The notes beneath the pieces are model-generated. The model saw only the letters and a list, made by a program, of their open reading frames with translations, did not search any database and was not told the DNA's origin. A stretch of DNA of 64,000 nucleotides from Kiritimatiellia bacterium (GTDB taxonomy: Bacteria; Verrucomicrobiota; Kiritimatiellia; RFP12; UBA1067), in NCBI GenBank assembly GCA_045656285.1, contig JAZOQY010000036.1, positions 1,027 through 65,026 on the forward strand, read 5' to 3'. Below are positions 15,001 to 20,597 of the stretch, piece by piece. The translations under genes and the position numbers were made by a program. Positions within the stretch are counted from its first letter, which is position 1; each line of letters starts with the position of its first letter.

Positions 15001-17130
15001 ACAGCTGCTGTTGGGGTCGGAGGTTCCAATTCGGGAGGAACTAAGAGTACTGCCGATACTGCGCTTGCATCAGTTACATATATTGGAGCTGATGCAGCAT
15101 CGAATATTTACGATGCACAGATATTTAGAAACAAAGGAGGCATGAGCTATACTTCAGACTCCGGTTACTCTTCCGGTGGCGGTGGCGGTGGCGCTACTAG
15201 CGTAGGTCTTGCTTCTACAGGTTCTAATAATGGCGGTATGGGTGGTGCAGGATTTACTACTGATATTACTGGCGAAAGCCTTGTATATGGTGCTGGTGGT
15301 GGCGGTGGTATTGGTAAAAACGGAGGAGCTTCATCAGATGCCGATACAAGTGCTGGCCATGGAATAGCTTTACAGGATGGTACATCTGCTAAAGCTAACC
15401 AAGGCGGTGGCGGCGGTGGCGGTAGCTACGGTAAGAATGGTGGTGAGGGCGGCTCTGGCATCGTCGTTTTGCGCTTTGCATATTCAGATAAAGATATTGC
15501 AGTCGATGCCGAAACTAATGTTAAGCCTAAGATTTCGTCCAAGGCGTATACGGGCTCTGAGTTAACGTCTGGTATCGTTGATACTTATGCTTATAGTGTA
15601 GAAGAGCTTACTCAGGATCGTGTTACTGTCGGTAAGAAGACAGTTCGCATAACACTTAATGATGGCTATGCTTGGAGCGACGGTGATGTTAACAAATCTA
15701 AGGATTTCGATTGGTATATTGCTGAAGTAGAGTCTATGGATAACGGCTATAAAGTCGTTGGTCTTGGTGAAAAGGGTAATGAAGTAGCTCTTGTGTTTAC
15801 GAATCATGCCGCGACAATCAACTGGACTGCTCCCGCTAACCTTACGAATGTTCAATTCCTCGTCGTTGGTGGCGGCGGTGGCGGCGGCGCTGATAATACA
15901 ACATACGATGAATTTTATCAAGCCGGCGGCGGCGGCGGCGGCGGCGGTGTCGTTACAGGTCTTATGAATCTTAATAAAGACGACGCTGTTTCAATTAAGA
16001 TTGGTGTAGGCGGCAGTGGTGGTGTTCGTGCCGATAAAGTAGCTCCGTATGGTGCTGTTAAGACGCAAGCTGAGAATTCTTCCTTTACTGTAGGCACAAC
16101 AGTTGTTACTGCTAATGCTGGTGGTGGCGATCCTGGCTCAACCTCCGCTAACTCTACGTCTAGCGGCGCGCAAACCGGTGGCGCAGGTGGTTCGAGCTCC
16201 GGTTCTCGTTCGGGAGCTACAGGTCGAGGCGATGCGACTCGTGGTAATGTAGAAGGTTCTGACGGCAAAGTCGTATCTTATACTGCTTTTGGTAATCAGG
16301 GTGGAGCTGGTGCTTCGAGTTATCGTGCTGGTGGTGGTGGTGGTGCTACTACCGAAGGTAAAGCCGCTTCTGACATCTTTGGTGGTGCCGGTGGTGAGGG
16401 TCTTGCTTGCGATATTACAGGCACGATGCTTGTCTATGGTTCTGGCGGCGGCGGCGGAGCCGTTAATAGCGGTGCTTTGGGCGCTGGCAATGGTGGTACT
16501 GGCGCCGGTAATGGTGGTTTTACGACAGCCGCGACTTCTGCACTCGCTAACCAGGGCGGTGGCGGCGGCGGTGGCGGCCGCACCGGCAACGGCGGCAACG
16601 GCGGCTCGGGTATTGTTGTGTTTAGGTATGTTTTGCAGCCTGATGTCAACGGCACTCCAATATCTCCTGAAAAAGTTTTTGATGAAGCGCGTGTGTCTAA
16701 GAAGATTACTTATCCTTCTGCTCCTTCGCTTACGGGCGAAGAAGGATCTCAGGTAATTACTTGGAGAAATGTAAGGTGTGCAGTTCCTAAGTATTATACT
16801 GCGACTTTGAACGATAATGTTATTTCTCTTAAGCTTAATACGTTTGCCAGACCTGTAATCTGCGAGACCGACGAAAACAAGGGTGATGCTATTGTAGTTT
16901 CAGATAAGACGGTTACAATCGGTATTACCAATACTAAGGTCGGCCTATTCTATAGCGTAGAGGCGCATGATCAACCGGCATGTGCGGCAAACCCCATCTC
17001 TGTCACCGACCCGATTCCAGCAGATGGAGAAACAGCCGTATTGACGATTGATAAGCCGGAAGTCGAGGGAAAAGTGCTGGATTCGGCGTTTTTCAAGGTT
17101 GTTGTAACCGATGAAAATCAGCAAAAGTGA
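1..17130 (+). CDS. Giant modular surface/secreted protein, 5' end outside the window (7 glycine-rich domains, 2 PtpB/Y_phosphatase3-like domains, 2 SGNH/GDSL domains, Ig/MBG-like spacers, beta-helix-like segments)
   Basis: Frame 1 is open from base 1 (GYADALTNSLP), so the TTG at 16 is probably not the start. Motifs: HCSHGKDRTG (766-795) and HCAHGKDRAG (11368-11397); GDSVT...GGND...DSVH and GDSIT...GTND...DSVH; seven (Y/F)LVVGGGGGGG...ANQGGGGGGG...GGSGIVV(L/F)R units; many YDG...G.Y......GY.W.DG.T......WTI spacers. Confidence 0.93.
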   Translation, partial: GYADALTNSLPIRLQWVGSKGTSTVKLYRTRDLEKSASAEPLYTAQTEGNAITYFDPEVGRNYTWTVTDSTGATATGHFYTMQRTPRIINHDQNPYSHGGEASVGRDIGGWLTSDGTKRVQQGLLYRSAQLEFCSSRDNEEIYSPLTHLQDNLKVRLDVDLRQGVDHLVKNGFVATNGWVGAWDGWGCEWNDRGYLLIDESSIGPLVRRYCVDYYAPGQFPSYNALFSQDKYKASFWMGFYELYKSIKKGEPALFHCSHGKDRTGALAYIILGSLGVSETDCRRDFGFTWYSDAKSDVAMNKPGDSDVMGYLGLNSIKSKLDAYSGSNFQEDCVAYLKDCCAKAVASGKYNGSSDSTAVIADFQSIMLEDIETKSVAAKVAKPTGNSFSYTGGELVGIPDDERYTITGVSKATDIGSYTATLALKSGYTWADGTTANAQISWSITDVVASAGITKNAISDAGYSVTGLGKDGDEVAVVITNYFNSFTWKAPKDLKYVKYLVVGGGGGGGGRAAYAMSEYEGGAGGGGGGVVAGSIFSLKAGDKVTISVGAGGDGGSKSTSYSTGTTGKGAGAAGSNSSFKVNDVDFVTAFGGGNDAGHGVVAPQGGSNAGNRGNVTTAQSYTAAGSIGSSATSLLSYTMYGNKGGAGLAGVYCVAAGGGGATQAGSSALKLSDGVYAAGNGGLGLLSDITGTRTVYGSGGGAGAASKTEVAYAGKGGDGAGDGAIEGCGTNALANQGGGGGGGALSDDSDKDASGGSGGSGIVVLRYSVKAQPEAETPVVVSENKLIITYGDSVTRGSKANEVTMDDRKTYFGGRLKGVANVPESYPYWLSGFLSDNYNVINQSRGSTLASHVSAWFGVQEVLVNTAITLPKSGSVTLNKKLVFNNCTYGNSMDALPADADLKGFITPVYPLSENYTAGTTSDSIVGTLGGYRVRIQGDDVASLKVTALDTLAADVTIPAGSVFIPESATVEEYKSAIKIVCMGGNDWIGNRNGDYGEDDPYTYTYKNHIRPLAMKIKAEGGRYLIVSPLFNPDGSSPSGDVESPEPTETEKLYAADFGENYFNLRLAFVQNAERIAKELDIKINGEWYDFGGSIIASDSVHLTSAGYKIKAALIRDKLVSLGYITEVVKPVYTTEFAYDGSVKQCVPSGSGYAVSGVNEASETGEYKVLITLEPGRVWSDGTTDPIDVTWTIAQLSAGGESFVLKVDSADGKLVSSLGEGENEYAAIFTTANKEITWEVPTDLVNVQFLVVGGGGGGGAISSTQGGAGGGGGGVVTGIVNSLSRGQKIKLFVGKGGAGGTTTTETTVSSRVGVDPDGDGTEYGVGGAYSGQDSYFAVDSVEYARAYGGAGDPGAGLNAKLGGSNSGGRTTTAQGTPKKGAIGAAAAENILNYKIFGNKGGVILSTTPKAAAGGGGAMTVGENAKKTSSYQIGGGGGEGVVSTITGSEIVYGSGGAGGLRGNIVEGNMAGYGGSGGTGAGDGSGESAKANQGGGGGGGTTYPKSATEGSNALDWKPDAIIGGNGGSGIVVLRFSIPGADEKLKVDEVTALIKNYVYDGTEHTCGLSSTDVRYTISGVTKATEVGTYTVTVTVKDGWIWNDNNPEPSRSFTWKITQATNEWVTEPSISKTAWDAGATVTYSIGEAKSGTPVVVTIKKDSAAFSGTLATMKDWQPGFYSITFSVAATSGYTGLTKTLTVNVTDPNEEIGEVTIDKKWGYITKPADNEYILVFTNHTATAMQWTAPAALQNVQFLVVGGGGGGGADGRSTVAGAGGTGGAGGGGGGVVTGLVNFAKGSVISVAVGKGGSGGKKGVITRNITFVGNDEKTHTAYGDSGKAGDSSFSVGGNVYVKAYAGGGDLGAKNNTDSISNCPEDGGSGSGARWKYRYKDNTTQSKATKGYVLDDTSLIPYYKAFGNPGGLNTYNYVAGGGGGATAKGGDTYYKTVTTTHCGKQEERYAGDGGEGLKSSITGTAVVYGSGGGGGSGVSKARTDKTSMDIYLGKGPGGKGGTGAGDGNAAAEANGSSAKANQGGGGGGGGYMANGGSGGSGIVVFRFTVDTGQTEEPEEELIAVAKPVVSETSFTYDGSAKSVVASNAGYTLVGNAMATEAGNYTVTIKLNAGYVWSDNSTDDIVINWTIVAIEEPFEPGVVELAGTYGYVVPNVGGNANEYAVVFTNENAGAITWRVPADLENVEFLVVGGGGGGGGVTSANLGGAGGGGGGVITGKIFSVSQGATLTINVGKGGAGGNTAKATSAGESGSASSIANNGVVYVSAPGGGGDSGMDNESADRVGKQGGSNAGARTTSVASHTFSSFVTNCAYVVAKSYGKKGGYTYSTGAAASGGGGGATAAGGNSTSNAAGGKGGEGLTSSITGTSVVYGSGGGGGNTKVSGDAYVNGVGGTGAGDGGKHSDGLYNAKSGLANQGGGGGGGGGRNVDGGAQYRGKGGNGGSGIVVLRFSMPVVVETVKVAKPVATPSFTYDGAEKVALASGEGYELSGTTQAVDAGSYSATATLKSGYAWSDDTTEAITFNWTIAKASNSWNTKPDITKTSWYTDEDAATLTLGAAKFGEVVTSMTKDGEAVTFSETLPTEAGNYTITFAVADSNNYGALTETIAFTVIEASPVKVNGSYGYVVPGLGANGNEYAVVFTNAASTITWTVPKDLKNVQFLVVGGGGGGGAINNSSNTRTTGAGGGGGGIVTGVVATLEKDAAITINVGKGGTAGKCAVNQYGGYGASENGGNSSFVYADKLTVTAYGGGGDGGAQDTSSSVSKANAGKAGGSSGGSRPGCATKTAPLSTEDCVISQIDGLVVYSEVFGKAGGAGNTEPIYDFYWIAGGGGGATEVGGDGNAAGDWHGGKGGEGLASEITGELKVYGSGGGGGSSVNNDGCGGEAGTGAGAGNSLHDGPGYDALANQGGGGGGSGSTANGNGGNGGSGIVVLRFSLEEEGETPEVPPTPASDWSEIPSLSKKIFNAGTVITVFNGASENRTVTANYTATQIAALNPGTYTFRATASAAGVEPLVYEIDFWVLPADFSAANTIVCYGDSITYGDGAAEITIDNRSNYFDGRLSGKTIKANYQYYLAGMIDTKYNVIGQGKSQQWSDTILAWLGGVDTVSRFDATLPAGGVGVWTPTNIVFTADNPYGINGGLQYVRDLQYPHLVNGKYNNDGQLNYFAGLQAPEYPAFETYPEPSGVYGSMTGWFGDKRVRIHGTEVGHPYFSRKDTGGYGTDQVWERVSVEGSETVIPAGTPFKPDTALVYNDAISVIFTGTNDEMGQPYWPASNPKDYTTYISMISGTVAKIPSGRYVVVSTVSGSHRSDEIESAFAKEFGEHYLNLYKLMEFYGLKTAVKLGAMTQTQADATTWNTKTTGLMGDSVHPNEKGYQVIAYFIKQKLIELNYIEGKRDTDISFSYVDKPTVDVTSFTYDGTEKVVIAEGENYTLTGTAKAINAGSYTVIITPNAGFGWSDGTIGAVTINWTIEKTSVEPGQPDVGGGENPEVGSNLTIVSPADYSTVSTMSEKLKSIIQSADMLKTSTFTTAGTATRKMYSNEYCTNSLPVKLEWTGNAASYTVSVYRTRDLESGDAKALYSVTTSENSILYWDPEVGRNYTWTVDDGSSVAVGHFYTESGVPRLIYADKNGPDGPGMDCLNGRDLGGWVTTDGKVVKQSMIYRSAELETCSPTNSIGMRIEMPYLADVLGIKLDIDLRSTNEVLDTYLDYALYYSAWKDLEVSNISPDIPRFSAHLNAKTSFPSYSKAIVTATDDGEDAEKKRKAIWKVFEQFTIEENYPIIFHCAHGKDRAGTVGYILLSVLGVPADDAKRDFGLSWLYYVNEPMIDGYGYTPIDAAVLNFPSYGGATLKEQCENYLVVCARDAGVSESVAREKIAKFRSLMLEEPETKISTSSNETVTYTWTGNGGDNKWNNPANWVSPEDSYGYPNAENAVVYFDSEVIANIDLGGNIYKAKPIFGNMCDVAFVNGTLNVMAESFTFGAADATITLNSNAKIVASGALKILGTLNVVIPEGGRDLPISAASLAADTAAKINLDLIDFSAAGEVTIASFGETFGSAAALEYTFTVAGNTVADRGAITTPESKAIVYSQDKKTGVISLPNAVTGLVYSGSELVGVPAGEGYTLAGDYKAVNAGTYTAQVILKDGYTFSNQTDGTVTWTIAKANNEWVQNPEISLDTWNIGEAGGVLTLGVTKFGTVTATISKDGGEAQVFNGQLPTTKGNYVITYLASSEGTDNYNAISVGELTKSIAFTITANPSDLMAYAGYVTYPEPIFYVSGVMKLGEGTTTARIKYSINSTVCNNVKEVVVDENGYFRVNIPYQNAEDTLTWEVEVVNSVSSDVLTVAKSTIKRAGDPSRVTYKWRGKGANNKWRSLANWEGFSGTVGNNNPCCWGYPGGITTHIHFDQSTAPEGIDLEGQTWKSIDNGFFVFEENVFVKMKNGTLLIDGGLTTFENDTVGLIGANNSTLVLNKVVLKYAVDNNVTKYLIPAEGFTLVYEGDNTVDWCYCPQNANSKFVVRDGTLSGNSFSTKAIAGTHVVEISNGVWSVSQNVSNDKGIGAKVIFRDGTDREAQFKTSGSLKMYGTYDIKIPADGRTNPAVEAKTLTSCGSSKIVLDVTDYKSSAKVPLVKFTSTTAQTAPTSTLEAYADGVNVTSERGAKLTFEGNILYYSQNEVKDPVVLEKIEKPEYATTSFIYDGAEKVVVIEGENYTIIGTAKATNAGSYTATITPNEGFSWADGTTDAITVNWTIAKATNVWTTEPSITLTEWTVGETAGVLTAGVAKFGDVAVTINGEEFTQMPTAAGTYTITYTVADTANYSALAKTITFNIKAPVVEPDPDEPGPGEGEDEPVEPKLEIDPAVGYIVTDLGELKDQVAVVFTNADNYAWTMPKSAKNVQFLVVGGGGGGGGAVNGGSNDKQQGGAGGGGGAVVTGFVKLLNISDILTITVGEGGDNGTGGSGTTTGTGSAISGGLSSFSVGAVSYITAYGGGGGGGYNTAAVGVGGSNSGGTKSTADTALASVTYIGADAASNIYDAQIFRNKGGMSYTSDSGYSSGGGGGGATSVGLASTGSNNGGMGGAGFTTDITGESLVYGAGGGGGIGKNGGASSDADTSAGHGIALQDGTSAKANQGGGGGGGSYGKNGGEGGSGIVVLRFAYSDKDIAVDAETNVKPKISSKAYTGSELTSGIVDTYAYSVEELTQDRVTVGKKTVRITLNDGYAWSDGDVNKSKDFDWYIAEVESMDNGYKVVGLGEKGNEVALVFTNHAATINWTAPANLTNVQFLVVGGGGGGGADNTTYDEFYQAGGGGGGGGVVTGLMNLNKDDAVSIKIGVGGSGGVRADKVAPYGAVKTQAENSSFTVGTTVVTANAGGGDPGSTSANSTSSGAQTGGAGGSSSGSRSGATGRGDATRGNVEGSDGKVVSYTAFGNQGGAGASSYRAGGGGGATTEGKAASDIFGGAGGEGLACDITGTMLVYGSGGGGGAVNSGALGAGNGGTGAGNGGFTTAATSALANQGGGGGGGGRTGNGGNGGSGIVVFRYVLQPDVNGTPISPEKVFDEARVSKKITYPSAPSLTGEEGSQVITWRNVRCAVPKYYTATLNDNVISLKLNTFARPVICETDENKGDAIVVSDKTVTIGITNTKVGLFYSVEAHDQPACAANPISVTDPIPADGETAVLTIDKPEVEGKVLDSAFFKVVVTDENQQK

Positions 17131-17187
17131 TGTAATTGCATGAAATGAAAAAATAGTGACAAAAACTGGATAGGGAGAAACTAATAT

Positions 17188-17216
17188 TTGCAATTTGATT
17201 TTTTAATTATTATAAT
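17188..17216 (+). promoter_or_regulatory. sigma70-type promoter
   Basis: TTGCAA-17 bp-TATAAT upstream of the deacetylase gene. Confidence 0.65.
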
Positions 17217-17246
17217 ACACGCTCAAAATAATTGTCTTTTAAGAAT

Positions 17247-18032
17247 ATGAAAAAAATCGCATTGCTGTTTGTTTTATGTTTGAGTTCTCTTGCGGCGCAG
17301 GCTCAAGGCCCTTCAAAGCGCGGCAGGTTGTGCCTCACATTCGATGATTGCCATTGGAATGGTTGGGTCGCTGTCATGCCAATCTTTGAAAAGTATAACG
17401 CCAAAGCGAGTTTCTTTCCGCATAGCGCCTTAAGTGCGGGTGCGCTTAAAGCGTTGAAGAAACTCCACGACGCGGGGCATACTGTTGGTTTGCATACGGT
17501 TCATCACCGTAAAGCGACAGATTATGTCAAACAAAAAGGTTTTGATGCCTTTTGGGATGATGAATTGGCTCCTCAGATGAAGGCTTATGCGTCTGTCGGT
17601 ATTGTGCCGACGGCAATGGCGTATCCAAATAACGCCAGTACGCCCGACATTGACGCTCAGCTCGTTAAGCGCGGCTTCAAACGCCTTCGCGGTGGCTTAC
17701 CTAAGGCGAGACCTCATGATCCTAAAGGACTTAAGCGTGACACGCTCGTACCGTTCGAAAAGCTCGATGCGATGTATATGAGCGAAGCGGCCGTTGCCAC
17801 CAATCGTCTTATGCGCGGCGTCGGTATCGGTACTAATTACAACACCGACATCGACGATCTTCTCAAAGGAATCCGCAGGGCTGCCGCCAATAACGAGACG
17901 ATGGTCCTCTATTCGCACGATATTTCGAAAAAGCCCAGCGGCATCGGTATGAAGACCGAATGGCTCGAGGCGATTTTAAAGGCAGCGAGCGAAGAGGGTA
18001 TGGCTATCGTTGGATTTAATGATCTTCCGTAG
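17247..18032 (+). CDS. Exported polysaccharide deacetylase (CE4/NodB-like)
   Basis: Signal peptide MKKIALLFVLCLSSLAAQA; LTFDD, GLHTVHH, AYP and LYSH motifs. The ATG at 17247 is preferred over the TTG at 17232. Confidence 0.85.
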   Translation: MKKIALLFVLCLSSLAAQAQGPSKRGRLCLTFDDCHWNGWVAVMPIFEKYNAKASFFPHSALSAGALKALKKLHDAGHTVGLHTVHHRKATDYVKQKGFDAFWDDELAPQMKAYASVGIVPTAMAYPNNASTPDIDAQLVKRGFKRLRGGLPKARPHDPKGLKRDTLVPFEKLDAMYMSEAAVATNRLMRGVGIGTNYNTDIDDLLKGIRRAAANNETMVLYSHDISKKPSGIGMKTEWLEAILKAASEEGMAIVGFNDLP

Positions 18033-18053
18033 AAATCTTAAAAAGGTAAAATC

Positions 18054-18944
18054 ATGAATAAAAGCGGTTTTTTAGGTTTAGCTTTGATTGCATCGGTAAC
18101 GGCTTTTGGTACGAATAAGCCGGATTTTACGACTCTTATCGCACATCGCGGCGAATCAATTGACGCGCCGGAAAATACTTTGCCGGCTTTTAAGACGGCT
18201 GTTGAACGTGGGTTTGGCTTTGAGTGCGATATTTATCTTTCAAAAGATGGTAAAGTTTTTACATTTCATGATCGTAACTTAACGCGCACAACCGGAGGCG
18301 CTAATACGAATTCTTGCGCCAATGTTACATGGGATGAGGTTTCGAAGTTGGATGTAGGCAACTGGGGCAAGTGGCAAGGTTCTAAATTTGCAGGAACCCG
18401 TCCCGCGCTCTTGGAGGAGGTTTTGGCTCTTGCGCGTGACGGTCGCTATATTTATGTTGAAATCAAGACCGGTCCGGAGATTGTTCCTTACGTAAAGAAG
18501 GTTTTCGAAGCTCAGAAGAACGCGACGCCTAAAAACACTCTCTTTATTTCGTTCGGTGAAGAATCGTGCAAGGCGATTAAAGAAGCGATGCCCGAGTATA
18601 AGGTTTATTGGCTTACAGGATCTAAGATTCCGCAACGTGATGAGAAAGGCGAAGTGATTGCGAATGCTAAGTGGCTCCCAATTACGCCGGAATATGTAAT
18701 TGAGAAGTTAAAGTATATGAATGCCGATGGTGTTGATATCAATTTCAAGCGAGATATTATCACCGAGGATTTCATCAAGAAGGTTAAGGGAGCGGGCTAT
18801 GAATTTCATGTCTGGACCATTGATGATCTTGTCTCGGCTCTTTGCGCGTTCAAGCGTGGTGCTGATACGGTAACAACGAACCGAGCTCAAGATATGCGGT
18901 TTGATTATTTTGACGTGGTCGACTTCGTTAACAAAAACAAGTGA
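18054..18944 (+). CDS. Exported glycerophosphodiester phosphodiesterase (GDPD)
   Basis: IAHRGES..APENTLPAF, ECDI, HD..L.RTT, EIK, WTID, TTN motifs; signal peptide. Confidence 0.92.
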   Translation: MNKSGFLGLALIASVTAFGTNKPDFTTLIAHRGESIDAPENTLPAFKTAVERGFGFECDIYLSKDGKVFTFHDRNLTRTTGGANTNSCANVTWDEVSKLDVGNWGKWQGSKFAGTRPALLEEVLALARDGRYIYVEIKTGPEIVPYVKKVFEAQKNATPKNTLFISFGEESCKAIKEAMPEYKVYWLTGSKIPQRDEKGEVIANAKWLPITPEYVIEKLKYMNADGVDINFKRDIITEDFIKKVKGAGYEFHVWTIDDLVSALCAFKRGADTVTTNRAQDMRFDYFDVVDFVNKNK

Positions 18945-18985
18945 TTGTCTCGTGCTGTTGTTTTTATTTTGAAAGGTTTATTAGC

Positions 18986-20587
18986 GTGAAGAGTGCATTT
19001 TTTGTTTTTCTCTTTTTGGCATCTATAGCGGTTCATGCGGCCGTGCCGTTTAAAATCGGCATTGCAGGTTACACGTTCAATAAAAAGTCTTTGGACGAGT
19101 CGCTTAAGATAATGCAGAAGATCGATTGTCGTTATCTTTGTCATAAGGATTTCTTCCTCAAGTACAACGCCGCCGAAAAAGAAATAGCGGACTATCTCGA
19201 CAAGACTTCAAGATACGGCGTAAAGACTCTCGCCACTGGCCCTCTTTACGCGAAGGACGAGGCGACCGTGCGCGAACAGTTCGAATTCGCCAAAAAGCTC
19301 GGCGTCAAGATTCTCGTCGGAGTTCCTTACGAGGTCAGAAAGGGGGCCAAGGATGCATGGGGGCCCAATCGCCTGGAGTCTGACGCGATGCTCGACATGA
19401 TCGAAAAGCTCGTTAAAGAGTATGACATGTATTATGCGATCCACAATCACGGCCCGGACATTCCGAATCTCTATCCCACCGCAGAATCCGTGATGGCGCG
19501 CATCTCAAATCGCGACAGGCGCATCGGCGTCTGTCTTGATGTCGGTCACGAGCGCCGCGCGGGTCTCGATCCCGTCGCTTTCATCCGCAAGCACGCCGAC
19601 AGGATTTTCGATGTTCACATCAAGAACATCAAGATCGACTCCGTTAAGAACATCGCAATGGAAGGTCCGCGCGGCGAACTCGACATTCCGGCGATTTTCC
19701 AGGCTCTCGCCGATGTCGGTTACACCGGAGTATGCCATATCGAGTACGAGAAGGATTTCAAGGACAATGCCATGGGCCTGGCGGAGTCGTTCGGATACTA
19801 TCGCGGAGTCGCCGATTGCATCAAGGCGAAAGCCGTAATGAAGCCGGCTCCCGCCAACGCCAATACATTGAGCGATGCAGAAAAGGCTGACGGTTGGAGG
19901 CTTTTGTGGGACGGCAAGACTCTCGACGGTTGGGTCGGGGTTAAGAATCATTTTAAAACTCCGCCGTCAAAGGGTTGGGTTGTGGACGAAGGTACGCTTA
20001 CGATGCGTCCCGTCAATGGTATTACCCCAGAAGGGAACTGGTTCCCGCTTCCTCCCGAAGATCAGAAACTCGGTGGTGGCGGAGATATCGTAACTATCGC
20101 CAAGTATCGCGATTTTGCGTTCAAGTTTGATTTCCGTCTTACTAAATACGCTAACTCTGGGGTTAAATATTTCTACGACGAGACACAGAATAAAGGAACT
20201 TGCGAAGAGTATCAGATTCTTGAGAACGGGCATCCCGATTCTTCAAAGGGTAAAGAGGGTAACCGCAAGACTGCCTCGCTCTACGATATCTTTCCTGCGA
20301 ACGCCGATGATATTCTTAAATCCCCGGGCGAATGGAACAGCGGCATGATCGTCGCTAAGGGCTCCAATGTTGAGCATTGGCTCAACGGGGTCAAGGTTCT
20401 TGAATATAATCGCGCGTCAAAAAAGTTCAAAGATGGCGTGAACGCATCCAAATATGCTTCGTGGGGCGTTAGCGCCGCCGGTAAAAGTCAACCGTGGGGT
20501 GAGATTCCAGAAGGGCGCATTCTTCTTCAGGATCATAGTGACTCAACGGTTTCTTTCTGCAATTTGAAAATTAAAGAGTTTAAATAA
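18986..20587 (+). CDS. Exported fusion of a sugar-phosphate isomerase/epimerase TIM barrel (AP_endonuc_2) and DUF1080 (3-keto-glycoside-processing domain)
   Basis: N-half HNHGP, CLDVGH, DVHIK, HIEYE; C-half LWDGKTLDGW, NSGVKY, EYQILE, GEWN, VEHWLNG, LQDH...F.NLKIKE. GTG at 18986 follows a GAAAGG SD. Confidence 0.88.
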   Translation: MKSAFFVFLFLASIAVHAAVPFKIGIAGYTFNKKSLDESLKIMQKIDCRYLCHKDFFLKYNAAEKEIADYLDKTSRYGVKTLATGPLYAKDEATVREQFEFAKKLGVKILVGVPYEVRKGAKDAWGPNRLESDAMLDMIEKLVKEYDMYYAIHNHGPDIPNLYPTAESVMARISNRDRRIGVCLDVGHERRAGLDPVAFIRKHADRIFDVHIKNIKIDSVKNIAMEGPRGELDIPAIFQALADVGYTGVCHIEYEKDFKDNAMGLAESFGYYRGVADCIKAKAVMKPAPANANTLSDAEKADGWRLLWDGKTLDGWVGVKNHFKTPPSKGWVVDEGTLTMRPVNGITPEGNWFPLPPEDQKLGGGGDIVTIAKYRDFAFKFDFRLTKYANSGVKYFYDETQNKGTCEEYQILENGHPDSSKGKEGNRKTASLYDIFPANADDILKSPGEWNSGMIVAKGSNVEHWLNGVKVLEYNRASKKFKDGVNASKYASWGVSAAGKSQPWGEIPEGRILLQDHSDSTVSFCNLKIKEFK

Positions 20588-20597
20588 TAAGAAGTAA

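Noticed and set aside
1443-16655. Poly-proline minus-strand ORFs and GGC/GGT triplet runs
   Set aside because: These are the reverse complement of poly-glycine codons in the giant gene. The runs are in-frame mixed codons, not a CRISPR array or phase-variable tract.
1-17130. Diversity-generating retroelement or shufflon acting on the giant gene
   Set aside because: No reverse transcriptase, invertase, adenine-specific TR/VR pair or inverted recombination sites are seen in the window.
19150-19860. Apparent GC-rich codon patch inside the TIM-DUF1080 gene (possible recombination tract)
   Set aside because: A visual impression only. It cannot be distinguished from normal codon variation without computation.
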